Part shown: positions 54,554 to 64,000 of the stretch, piece after piece
How the letters are laid out: the number at the start of each line of letters is the position of its first letter
How positions within the stretch are numbered: position 1 is the first letter of the stretch
Origin: an uncultured Verrucomicrobiae bacterium
GTDB lineage: Bacteria; Verrucomicrobiota; Verrucomicrobiia; Chthoniobacterales; JAFAMB01
Direction: 5' to 3'
DNA length: 64,000 bases
NCBI GenBank assembly: GCA_963782115.1
Contig: CAWAIK010000002.1
Coordinates: 32,490 to 96,489 of the forward strand
Notes under the pieces: generated by a model
The model's input: the letters and a program-made list of their open reading frames with translations, nothing else
The model's database searches: none
What the model was told of the DNA's origin: nothing
Position numbers and translations under genes: made by a program

Positions 54554-55918
54554 TCAGAGGAACTCGAAGTACTCCTGCCGCTCCCAACCATCGACGCAAT
54601 TGTGAAACTCGGGCGTGTTGTAATTTGCAATCGCAGCGGCTGCTTTGGTTGTCTCATGCCGTTTGACTGCCAGAAATAATTTGACAAACTCGGAGCCGAG
54701 CGCCTCGCGCATCACTGTATCCTGCTCTAAGGCATCCAGTGCATCCTCCAGTCGGGTTGGCAGGTTGACAACACCATCTCTCCCGTAGGCAACGCCAGTC
54801 ACAGGCGGTGGTGGCGCCATTCGTCTTTTGAGTCCATCAATGCCAGCGGCCAAACAGGTGGCCATTAAGAGATAAGGATTTGAGGCTCCGCAGCCAAAGC
54901 GATTTTCCACATGTGTGGATTCATTCCGGGTGGCCTTAACACGAAGCCCGGTAGTGCGATTTTCAATTCCCCAGGTGGCATTCGTGGGAGCAAAGGAGTA
55001 GAGCTTGAAGCGTTTGGCGCAATTGACCGTTGGCGCAGCGAAAGCACAGATGGCTGGCGCATGCGCTAACTGGCCTGCTAAAAAGTATCGGCAAATATCT
55101 GATAAGTCGTCTTCGCTAGAATCATCCACGAAAGCATTTTTGTCTCCATGCCACAGGCAGTGATGGTAATGGCACCCATTAGCACTCTGGTCAATATGGG
55201 GCTTGGTCATAAACGACGCCATCATCCCGTGCTGCAGCGCGATTTCTTTAACTCCATTTTTGAAGGTAAAGGCCTGGTCAGCTGCAGCTACTCCCCAAGC
55301 TGGGCCAAAGTTAATCTCCATCTGCCCAGGGCCATATTCTGCATTGGCAGTAATAATGTCCACACCGACCGCCGCCATGGAGCGCAGAATGTCGTAGACG
55401 AATGCTTGATTAAAGTTGTTACGAAGAGTGGCAAAAATCTGGATCCCTGGGAATGGGGGCTGGCGTGTCGCAGCGTCCACGAGATAAAACTCGTACTCGA
55501 ACCCGCTCAGGAGCCGGTAGCCCATCGCCTGTAATTCAGCGAGCAATTTTGTCACAATTAGACGCGGTGCAGCCATGGCTGGTTTGCCATCGAGAAAGTA
55601 TGGTTCGCACAATATGCGCGCTGTCTTATCGGCCCATGGCAAAACTTGAAATGTGTCGAAATCGGGCTTGATATGGCTATCGGGAAAACCGAGCTCTTCC
55701 AGGTAGCCGGTACCGGGTGCAACAGCTGCTTGGGCGTCAAACCCAAGCTGGCCAAGCAAGAAATTCACCCCATTATTAGCAAAGTATTCGAAATGTCGTG
55801 CGGGGATCGTTTTGGAGCGTGAGATTCCCTGAATGTCCGTCTGTTCAAAACGAATAAATTCGATGTCTTTATCATGCAGCAGTTTTTGGATTTCGGTAAG
55901 GTTCATCGTGGACTTCAT
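54554..55918 (-). CDS. glutamine synthetase-like (gamma-glutamylamine ligase) protein
   Basis: FEYEF, EYGPGQMEINF, FMTKP, NGCHYH, WGIENR, ENR, NPYL. Confidence 0.85.
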   Translation of the reverse strand: MKSTMNLTEIQKLLHDKDIEFIRFEQTDIQGISRSKTIPARHFEYFANNGVNFLLGQLGFDAQAAVAPGTGYLEELGFPDSHIKPDFDTFQVLPWADKTARILCEPYFLDGKPAMAAPRLIVTKLLAELQAMGYRLLSGFEYEFYLVDAATRQPPFPGIQIFATLRNNFNQAFVYDILRSMAAVGVDIITANAEYGPGQMEINFGPAWGVAAADQAFTFKNGVKEIALQHGMMASFMTKPHIDQSANGCHYHHCLWHGDKNAFVDDSSEDDLSDICRYFLAGQLAHAPAICAFAAPTVNCAKRFKLYSFAPTNATWGIENRTTGLRVKATRNESTHVENRFGCGASNPYLLMATCLAAGIDGLKRRMAPPPPVTGVAYGRDGVVNLPTRLEDALDALEQDTVMREALGSEFVKLFLAVKRHETTKAAAAIANYNTPEFHNCVDGWERQEYFEFL

Positions 55919-56199
55919 TCAGTTTTTGCTTCCTGTAGAGGCGCGGAGACCACTAATAGGAAGCTGATCGTGACTACAACATCAAAAGAGCTAATTGCAG
56001 CGAGGAATAACCCCTTAGATCAAGAATCAGGCGATTGGCTGGAAAGCCGTGCTTTTGGCGGGATTGGGCCAGTCAAAAACACTCCGTCGTCGTCGACTTG
56101 ATGCTTCAGCGGGCATGCTCCGAGCCGCGTTCGTAATTGAGGTTGGCCTCCCTACTCTGATCGGAAGCGCACGTGGGCAAGCGGCTAGCGCTAGCGGCA

Positions 56200-56324
56200 A
56201 TATTCCGTTTCTTCCGTTTCGCCCGGTGAAAGATCCGCTCCAGGAATCTTTCCCCGTGCCGCTGAATGGCCTCGGCGATCCGGTGGTTCTCGACCACTTC
56301 AATGCCTATGCCGAACAAGGTCAC
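56200..56324 (-). pseudogene. acpS: holo-ACP synthase N-terminal fragment
   Basis: VTLFGIGIEVVENHRIAEAIQRHGERFLERIF, overlapping the pdxJ stop; similarity then lost. Confidence 0.75.
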
Positions 56325-57037
56325 GGCTGGGCGATTAGCTGAAGCATTTCGCCTACGGCGGGTTCCAGGCCGATGCAAATGCTTCGGGACGCAATGGAGT
56401 GACCGATGTTGAACTCTTTCCAATAAGGGATTCCCAACATCAAGCGCACGTTCGTGTAATTCAGGCCATGCCCGGCGTTCACGATCAAACCTTTTTCGGA
56501 TGCGTAACGGGCGGCCGCCTCCAACCGGGCAACCTCGTCCACGCGAAAATCGGGCATCACATTGGCAAACCGGCCGGTGTGAAGCTCGACGGCATCAGCC
56601 CCGAGCTCCACGCAAGCGTCGATCTGTTCCGAAGCCGGTTCGATGAACATGCTCACCCGAATGCCGCCGGCGTGCAACCGGTCGACTGTCCCGCGCAAGG
56701 TCTTGACGTTTCGCGCCACGTCAAGACCGCCCTCCGTCGTGACCTCGTTACGGTTTTCCGGAACCAGGCAGACGTCATCCGGCAAAACCTGCAATGCCGT
56801 TTCAAGGACGTCGGGCGCGTTTCCCATTTCGAGGTTGAGCTTTGTAATAAGGCTCTCGCGCAACCTATGCCGGCGGTCCGCACGCAGGTGCACAGTGATT
56901 CCATGCGCACCGGCTCGCTCGCAGGCGGATGCGGCCGCCAAGATATCCGGCTCCACGTTCGGTGCGTCCGGCATGTCCACATACCGGGCCTGGCGCAACG
57001 TTGCGACGTGATCGATGTTGACCCCGAGCTTAATCAT
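56321..57037 (-). CDS. pdxJ: pyridoxine 5'-phosphate synthase with apparent short in-frame deletion
   Basis: LGVNIDHVATLRQAR, TTEGG, ELHTG, AGHGL, NIGHS; HLRADRRH jumps to RLRE, lacking the usual IxxxD segment. Confidence 0.9.
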   Translation of the reverse strand: MIKLGVNIDHVATLRQARYVDMPDAPNVEPDILAAASACERAGAHGITVHLRADRRHRLRESLITKLNLEMGNAPDVLETALQVLPDDVCLVPENRNEVTTEGGLDVARNVKTLRGTVDRLHAGGIRVSMFIEPASEQIDACVELGADAVELHTGRFANVMPDFRVDEVARLEAAARYASEKGLIVNAGHGLNYTNVRLMLGIPYWKEFNIGHSIASRSICIGLEPAVGEMLQLIAQP

Positions 57038-57062
57038 GGAGGAATCACCAAGCCTGACCAAT

Positions 57063-57229
57063 AACTAGTAGCTTTGTCGATGTCAAACAGACGCTAGGCG
57101 ATCGATTACTTCATCTGCGCTTACAACGTACAAGCGGCTCCCTTCGAATGGCGCCAGCGTGAGATCAAGCAACAGCCCATGCGCGACAATATCGCTATTT
57201 TTGCAGGTAAATACTAGTACTAGACTAGT
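57063..57229 (+). mobile_element. internally deleted derivative of the IS630 at 3175-4303
   Basis: Degenerate match to the reverse complement of 3177-3326; begins ACTAGTAG, ends ACTAGTACTAGACTAGT. Confidence 0.8.
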
Positions 57230-57259
57230 TACCGGACGGGAAGGTTTGAGCAACTACGA

Positions 57260-58246
57260 TGATGAGTGTCGGGCGTCGGCTTGGTGACGGCTCTGGGAGG
57301 TTGACAGCGGCCCGGAACGGCGGCTGAGCCGCGCCGAGTTCCAGGGCTTGGGGGAGATGCCGCCCGAGCTGGAGTTGGTTTGCCAACCTCGACAACCCGC
57401 ACACCCGGCGCGCCTACCGCATCGACGTCAAAGAGTTCACCGCCTTTGCCGGCGTCGAACGCCCCGAAGAGATGCGCCAAATCACTCGCGCTCACCTGAT
57501 CGCCTGGCGCAAAGACCTCGAGCGCCGCGGCCTGGCCCCCAGTTCGATCCGCCGAAAGCTCGCCGCGGTCGCCTCGCTTTTCGACCACCTGTGCGAAGTC
57601 AATGCGGTTAGCCACAATCCGGTCCGCGGGGTCAAACGCCCCCGGTCCGACGCGAGCGAAGGCAAGACGCCCGCGCTCGGCGACGGCCAGGCCCGCACGC
57701 TGTTGGAAGCGCCGCCGGCCGGCACCCTCAAAGGCAAACGCGACCGGGCCATCCTGGCGACTTTCCTCCACCACGGCCTGCGCTGCGAGGAACTGTGCGG
57801 CTTGCGCGTGCGCGACCTGCAAAACCGCCAGGGCCGTGCCCCACCTGCGCGTCTTCGGCAAAGGCTCCAAAATCCGCTACGTGCCGGCCCACCCGCTCGC
57901 CCTGCAACGGATTCACGATTACCTGGAAGCCGCCGGTCACTCAAACCAACCCGACGGGCCGCTGTTTCGGCCCTTCAAAAACCCGGCAGGGCAGGGGAAC
58001 ACCGATCGACCGCTCACCCAGGGGGCCGTCTACCACTGCGTGCTAAGAAAACACGCGAAAGCCGCGGGGATTGATTTGGGCAGTTTCGGCCTGCGCGCCA
58101 CCGCGGCCGCGAACGCCCTGGACCGCGGCGCCGACCTGGGCAAAGTCCAGGAGTGGCTCGGCCATGCGAACGTTTCCACCACCCGCCTCTACGACCGACG
58201 CCAATCCCGCCCCGAGGACAGCCCCACCTTCCGAATCGCCTATTGA
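57260..58246 (+). pseudogene. tyrosine recombinase (XerD-like), frameshifted, HxxR His missing
   Basis: [51 protein letters not shown]. Confidence 0.8.
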
Positions 58247-58296
58247 CGGGTTCTCAATGGGTGATTGGCATGTTTTATGTATAGAATTGCCCCTGT

Positions 58297-59290
58297 GTGA
58301 ACGCACAAGACTCCAGAGCGGAAATCTTTGACGTCTTCCTGTGCCACAACAGCGAGGACAAGCCAGCCGTTCGCAAGATCGCCGAGAAGCTATCCAAGAA
58401 GAATATCAAACCTTGGTTGGATGAAGCGGATATCAGAACCGGAGGCTTCTGGCACACCGCCATTGGACAGCAAATTGAAACAGCAAAAGCGGCGGCTGTT
58501 TTTGTCGGTGAGAGTGGCGTCGGTCCGTGGCAGTACCGGGAGATCATAGCTTTTTCTCGACGAGTTCGATAAGCGAGGATGCCCCGTCATTCCGGTGATC
58601 CTGACATCGGATCCTCCCAAGCCAGTAATCCTGCCTTGGTCACTTAAGGGTCTTCATTGCGTCGATTTCCGTGCGACCGATTCGCAGCCTCTTGAGCGAC
58701 TGATTTGGGGCATCACCGGCCAAAAGCCCGCGGAACTCTCTGGTGTCCCCTCTTCGGAGAAACCTGCAACCATGCGGGAGGCGGCTAAATCTCAACTCCT
58801 TCCTAGCAAAGATGAGCATGCTGCGGCGCAAAAGGCTATCTCCAAAGCGAGGCTCTATCCACCTCTTGCCGAACCGCCCGATCAAGAGCAGGCGAGCCAA
58901 CTCAAAATTCTTCGAGGCAGAGTCAAGGAGTATTGGGTCGATGGGTCGTCGGGCTGACCGGCGGGCTGATTACAGGGCTGATTGTGGGGGTAGGGGTGTC
59001 GGATCACTAAATCATATTACTTTAGTGGAGACTATAAGTTGGAAGTGGAACCAGTTTTGGAGGGGGACGATTCCCGGCTTGATCGTCGCGCTGATCATCG
59101 GGTTGATCGGCGGGCTGATCAGCGGCAGCCACATCAAAGAAGGGCCGATCGTCGGGCTGATCGGCGGGCTGATTTTGGGGGTCATCTTCGGGCTGGTCAG
59201 TGGTTTGGTTGGCGGAATGACTGATACGGTTAAGGTGGGCAAAGCATTTCCGAATGAGGGCATCAAGTTGTCGGTAAAAAATTCTTTGGC
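58297..59290 (+). pseudogene. TIR-domain protein remnant (TIR + Gly-rich TM C-terminus; central NTPase apparently deleted; cut by transposon end)
   Basis: FDVFLCHNSEDK, PWLDE, GPWQYREI, VIPVIL; RVKEYWVDG fused to GLIxG repeats and PNEGIKLSVKNSL. Confidence 0.75.
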
Positions 59291-59497
59291 TGTTGTCGCA
59301 CTGTACTTAAATCGTAGACTGCGCTCCCAGGGAATCCACGATTTAAATACAGCAACATGACAAATCACTACTGCACTTAATTCGTGGACTGGTTTCACCT
59401 CGAATTTCGTGTTGTTGCACTGTACTTAAATCGTAGACTGTGCTCCTAAGCAGTCCACGATTTAAATGCAGTAAACGTTGCACTTAAATCGTAGACT
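59291..59497 (+). mobile_element. Tn7/Tn5053-like transposon end(s) with six 20-bp transposase-binding repeats
   Basis: TGTTGT termini at 59291 and 59410; CTGyACTTAAATCGTrGACT at 59301, 59371, 59420, 59478 and inverted at 59333, 59452. Confidence 0.85.
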
Positions 59498-59509
59498 GCG
59501 GTACTACTT

Positions 59510-60810
59510 GTGCAGCTCTGCTTTGACTTTGTGGCCGGCACTTTCCAGTGGCAATCTGCCTCCGACGAGGATTGGGCACTCGCGCTAGCGCGTGAGGCGG
59601 TGATTCGTCCGTTGACCGATCAACCGGAAGTGACGGGGGGTCTTGTGGTTACGGCGAGGGCCGAGCCTGGGATCTCTCGAAGTATGGTCTACCGGCTCGT
59701 CGCAAAATTCCGAAAACGTCCTCAGGTCTCAAGTTTGCTGCAAGGCAAACGAGGACGTAAAGCAGCTCCCGCACGTTGTCCATAGCCGCGGAGGCGGTGG
59801 TGCGAGATGCGACTGCCAATGTGTACCTGCAGCGGGAGAAGCCACGCTTGTCGGATTTGTTAAGGGAGATCCAACGACAGTGCCAACGGAAAGGGTTGAG
59901 GATGCCGAATTTTCGAACGGTGAAACGACGAGTCGATGCGATTGACGCCAAAGAACACCTTCGAAAGCGCGCCGGCGCGAAAGCAGCGAATGATCGTTTC
60001 CGGCCCACTCGCGTTCTATCGACCACTGATCTGCTACCCTTGGAACGAGTACAAATCGATCACACTCAGGTTGACGTCATTGTGGTCGACGAAGGCGATC
60101 GACTGCCAATCGGCCGGCCCTGCTTAACGCTTGCCATCGACGTAGCAAGTCGGGCTGTCCTCGGCTTTTCGGTCTCGCTTGAGAGGCCATCTGTGGTCTC
60201 GGTGGCCTTGACGCTTGTGCAAGCGGTTCTGCCGAAAGACCTGTGGCTCGCTGATCGACAATTAGGGGTCCCTTGGCCGATGTGGGGTCTGCCCGAGCTT
60301 CTGCAACTCGACAATGCCGCCGAATTCCACTCCCGGGCATTGGTTCGTGGCGCTCAGGAGTGCGGCATCCGGATTGATTACCGGCCGCCAGGCACGCCGC
60401 ACTTCGGCGGGCACATCGAGAGATTGATTGGAACCACGATGGGCGCCGTTCACCTCCTGCCGGGCACGACGTTCTCAAATGTTGCCGAAAAAGGTGCTTA
60501 TCCATCGGAAAAGACTTCGGCGTTGACGCTCGTTGAACTGGAGCGTTGGCTCGCATTGCAGATCGGAGGCGTGTACCACCAGAGCGTGCATGCGTCGCTT
60601 TTGAAACCGCCTGCGGGAGCTTGGGAGGACGGTCTTGGGCGCCGGCGCAAAGCACTTCGAAAACCCGAAGGTCCCCAAACATTCTTTTTCGATTTCTTGC
60701 CGGAAGAATGGCGTTTAATCCGTCGTGATGGCATTCAAATGTTTAACATCCACTACTGGGATAACGTCCTAAGTCCACTGGCTGGCAGATCCTCCAAGCC
60801 AGTGTTGATC
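59510..60810 (+). pseudogene. TniA/TnsB-like Mu-type DDE transposase, 3'-truncated
   Basis: ALAREAVIRPL, VQIDHT, AIDVASR, LDNAAEF, GGHIERLIG, RDGIQ; similarity stops after PVLI. Confidence 0.85.
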
Positions 60811-61215
60811 ACGCAAGTCTGTGTGGGAGCTTCTCCAAGCCGTGTCGAGGTCGAAGGTCCACTCCAGAGATCGAATGATGCCCGATCTTTGGGCGACCCG
60901 CCAAGCGCAAACAGTTCGGGCGACGGAAATGGAACGTTAGGCCCAGCGGCCTCTAAGCAGAACAAGAGGGTCGATGCCCATCGCCTCGATTGAATGAGTT
61001 TGAACTGGTGAAGAGGATTTCTGACCGAACGATTACCGCACATAAAAGGGGTTGGACTAAACCGCTCCGCGGTATGCAACAAGTCTACCTCTGGTTACTA
61101 ACGAACTTTTCGCACGCACAGGAAAATTTGCTAGATCCGATGTTAGGCATTGCCTGAGGGATTGGCCGTAGGAAAGCTGTTTGCAGCAGAGCTCGACCGG
61201 CGCAAGGGAGCTTTC

Positions 61216-61898
61216 ATGACATCCCTTCGACGACGTATGACAGAGGATATGCAGGTGAGAAGTCTCTCACCGCAGACCCACCCACCTACGTGCAGCAGGT
61301 TTCCTTGTTTGCACGCCATTTCAACAAGTCACCGGAACTACTGGGCCCTGAGGAGATTCGTTCCTACCAGGTCTACCTAACCAATGAAAGGAAGCTCGCT
61401 CCAAGCTCGATCATCCTGGCCGTAGCAGCTCTTCGTTTCCTTTACAAAATCACGCTTCATAAGGATTGGCGCCTGACGGAAGTCATTCCAACCCCCAAGA
61501 AACCCAAGAAGCTGCCAATCGTCCCCAGTCCCGAAGAAGTTCTGCAGTTTCTGGGTTGTGTGTGGAATATCAAACATCGCACGATTTTGACCACCTGCTA
61601 CGCGGCTGGGCTGCGCGTTTCGGAAGCTGTCTGCCTGAAAGTCATCGATATCGATAGCAAAAGAATGGTTATCCGAGTCGAAGAAGGCAAAGGGCGCATA
61701 GACCGCTATGTCATGCTTTCCCCAAAGCTGCTGCAAATCCTGCGCGACTGGTGGCGAGTGGGCAGACCTCGGCGATGGCTCTTCCCGGGCGATCAACTCG
61801 ACAACCATATCGGCAGGTGCACCATAGAGGAGGCGTGCCAGAAGGCGCGCCGGCGTTGCCGTATCCCCAAACCGATTACACCACATTCCTTGCGGCAC
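61216..61898 (+). pseudogene. tyrosine integrase (type usually paired with IS91-like transposases), interrupted just after HSLRH
   Basis: MTSLRRRMTEDMQVR, YAAGLRVSE, GKGRIDRYV, TPHSLRH then unrelated sequence. Confidence 0.85.
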
Positions 61899-62014
61899 TA
61901 TCCCGGGTTCCGGACTATCGCGGGTAGTCGTTGGCCAAGCTCTGTCTTCAAGGATCCCGGAAAGAAAGACTCGGCATAGTCCGGACAACGCGGCGTTGCG
62001 CGATGCTGGGGTTC

Positions 62015-63262
62015 ATGGAGACTCCACTAAACAATTTCTTCAGTGAGCGTAGTGATCCAAGAACGCTTGAGGCGCTGACACGCGGCCCTTTGGCTGCGCA
62101 CCTAAGGACCTATGCACAACAGCTGCACGACCAAGGCTACGCTGTTAGCTCTAGCCGGTTGCAACTCCGGATGCTTGGGCACTTCAGTCAGTGGCTGCAG
62201 AGCAAAGGACTCGCCGCGGAGCAAATCGATTCGTCGACGTTGGAACGCTACGTGCGTTGCCGACGCAAATCCGGCGAGTTGCGCAGAGGTGACACTGCGG
62301 CCCTCGACCGCCTGTGGCGGATACTCCGGCCTGGCGAGGTCGAGACCCCCTCCTCGCCTCCGAGTGCCTGCCAGATAGTTCTGTGTCAGTTTCAGCATTA
62401 CTTGCGACAGGAGCGCGGATTATCCGAGGCGACGATTGTGCGCCAGACGCCTGTCATAAGTGCGCTTCTGGCGGAGTGTTTTCCGACTGAGATTCCAGAC
62501 TTTCATCAGATTTCCGCTAGCGACATCGCTGGGTTCGTGCAACGGCAGGCTGAGCGCATCAGCACCAAATCCGCCCCAACCGTAGTCACCGCGCTACGCT
62601 CATTTTTCCGGCACTTGCTTCATCGTGGCGCGATCGAGACCGACATGGCAGCGTGTGTACCAACGATTTCAACGTGGTCGCTATCGGGCGTGCCGAAGTT
62701 CCTTCCCGCCGAGCAGATCCAATGTGTCTTGGACTCCTGCGATCGGAACACCGCGATTGGCAAGCGCAACTACGCTATTCTGCTTCTGTTGGCGCGTCTG
62801 GGGCTTCGCGCCGGCGAAGTGGTGACTCTGACACTAGAAGACATTGACTGGGAAGCCGGCCTAATAACTGTCCGGGGCAAAGGCAAACGCGTGGCACAAA
62901 TGCCATTGCCAGTCGAAGTGGGTGCAGCGATCGCCGATTATCTCCGCCAAGCCAGACCGGATTGTTCTAGTCGCCGCGTGTTCATCCGACAGAACGCGCC
63001 GTTAGTCGGTTTCGCCAACTCCATCGCAATCTGCTCGCTGGTGGATCGGGCACTGGAGAGAGCGGGAGTTGAGTTCGCCTATCGAGGCTCCCACCTGTTC
63101 CGTCACAGCTTGGCGACCGAGATGCTCAAACAGGGGGCCTCATTGTGCGAGATTGGCGATTTGCTGCGGCATCGGCGTCCGGACACAACCGCTATCTACG
63201 CCAAGGTCGACATCGTCTCGTTGCGCTCCATCGCTCTTCCTTGGCCCGGAGGTAATCGATGA
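62015..63262 (+). CDS. RitA-type tyrosine recombinase
   Basis: LARLGLRAGEV, RGKG, SHLFRHSLA, LRHRRPDTTAIYAKVD, ALPWP. Confidence 0.9.
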   Translation: METPLNNFFSERSDPRTLEALTRGPLAAHLRTYAQQLHDQGYAVSSSRLQLRMLGHFSQWLQSKGLAAEQIDSSTLERYVRCRRKSGELRRGDTAALDRLWRILRPGEVETPSSPPSACQIVLCQFQHYLRQERGLSEATIVRQTPVISALLAECFPTEIPDFHQISASDIAGFVQRQAERISTKSAPTVVTALRSFFRHLLHRGAIETDMAACVPTISTWSLSGVPKFLPAEQIQCVLDSCDRNTAIGKRNYAILLLLARLGLRAGEVVTLTLEDIDWEAGLITVRGKGKRVAQMPLPVEVGAAIADYLRQARPDCSSRRVFIRQNAPLVGFANSIAICSLVDRALERAGVEFAYRGSHLFRHSLATEMLKQGASLCEIGDLLRHRRPDTTAIYAKVDIVSLRSIALPWPGGNR

Positions 63263-64000
63263 AGCCGCTGCGAAACGCTGTTGAGGATTACATCGCTCTG
63301 CGTCGCAGCTTGGGGTTCAAACTGCGAGCCACGGCTACCGGCTTGACAGAGTTCGCCGCTTTTCTGGAGCAGAAAGAAGCGCCCTACATCACGACGGCGC
63401 TGGCCTTGGAGTGGGCGATGCAGCCGGTTGACCATCAACCAAGCGATTGGGCCCAGCGACTGGGTTTCGTTCGCGTGTTTGCTCGCCATTGGAGCGCAAC
63501 CGATCCACGCACCGAGATTCCGGCGGCCGGTTTGCTCCCGTTTCGAGCGCGGCGAGCCCGTCCTTATCTTTACACCGAAGAGGAGATTCAAAGACTGCTG
63601 GCTGCCGCCAAGAGCCTTTCACCCTCGGGCGCTCTTCGACCCTCGACTTATCACTGCTTATTTGGGTTGTTAGCAGTCAGTGGGCTCCGTATCAGCGAGG
63701 CAATCAAGTTGGAGCGGCAAGATGTCGATTTCAACCAAGGACTCCTCACCATTCGCCAAGCCAAGTTCAACAAGACCCGTTTGATTCCGCTCCATATTTC
63801 CACCCGGGAGGTCTTCACCCAATACACCGCATATCGTGACCGGTTGATGCCAAGGCCTGCCTCACCGTGCTTTTTGCTCAACGATTATGGCCGTCGCCTG
63901 GATCTCTCTGCGGTGCACCGAACCTTCTACCATCTCTCGCGTCAAATTGGGTTGCGTGGACCAGCCGACCACACCGGACCGCGGCTTCACGACTTTCGTC
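63259..64000 (+). CDS. RitB-type tyrosine recombinase (runs off window; absent from ORF track)
   Basis: Hand translation MKPLRNAVEDYIALRRSLGFKL...SGLRISEA...KFNKTRLIPLH...PRLHDFR; ATGA overlap with RitA. Confidence 0.88.
   Translation, partial: MKPLRNAVEDYIALRRSLGFKLRATATGLTEFAAFLEQKEAPYITTALALEWAMQPVDHQPSDWAQRLGFVRVFARHWSATDPRTEIPAAGLLPFRARRARPYLYTEEEIQRLLAAAKSLSPSGALRPSTYHCLFGLLAVSGLRISEAIKLERQDVDFNQGLLTIRQAKFNKTRLIPLHISTREVFTQYTAYRDRLMPRPASPCFLLNDYGRRLDLSAVHRTFYHLSRQIGLRGPADHTGPRLHDFR

Larger units (their letters stand above)
61899..64000 (+). mobile_element. RIT (recombinase-in-trio) element, left part
   Basis: End motif TATCCCG-GGTTCCGGA-CTATCGCG with inverted CGGCATAGTCCGGA; overlapping RitA/RitB-type recombinases. 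Confidence 0.8.

Noticed and set aside
59291..60993. CRISPR-associated transposon
   Set aside because: Only a truncated TnsB/TniA; no TnsC, TniQ, cas gene or array recognisable in the window

Overview
Bacterial chromosome segment, most consistent with a soil Verrucomicrobiota (Chthoniobacterales-like) genome; this is inferred from gene content and style, not from a database search. Scattered single-base indels split many core genes (dnaX, ppdK, rnr, MFS, doxX), which looks like long-read assembly error. The first 35.5 kb is mostly core genome: M14 peptidase, fumC, an HTH-receiver regulator, IS630, iolE-like, truncated rex, dnaX-ybaB-tRNA-Asn, a bufferin-type RiPP operon (Cys-rich precursor, DUF692/MNIO, DUF2063, DoxX, plus a DUF255 thioredoxin), an arginase-like/GNAT/SMR/desaturase cluster, MFS, gltIJKL, a PAP2-GT39-GT2 envelope cluster, ppdK, PurA-like, rnr and tRNA-Gly. 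Directly downstream of ppdK is a 1.75 kb tandem array of four degenerate copies of a four-helix-bundle (23S-IVS/Avd-like) gene cassette enclosed by inverted hexamer-repeat arms. From tRNA-Gly (35.5 kb) to the end is a decaying genomic island: a tRNA 3' scar, hicBA, IS1634 inside IS630, excisionase/iteron/MobF remnants, IS110 with long non-coding ends, a two-gene IS4-type element carrying DUF4338 (DruA-like) with a 13-bp palindromic target duplication, an extra sigma factor and DksA, GS-like, damaged pdxJ-acpS, and a nested stack of TIR remnant, Tn7/Tn5053-like transposon, integrase element and RIT element.
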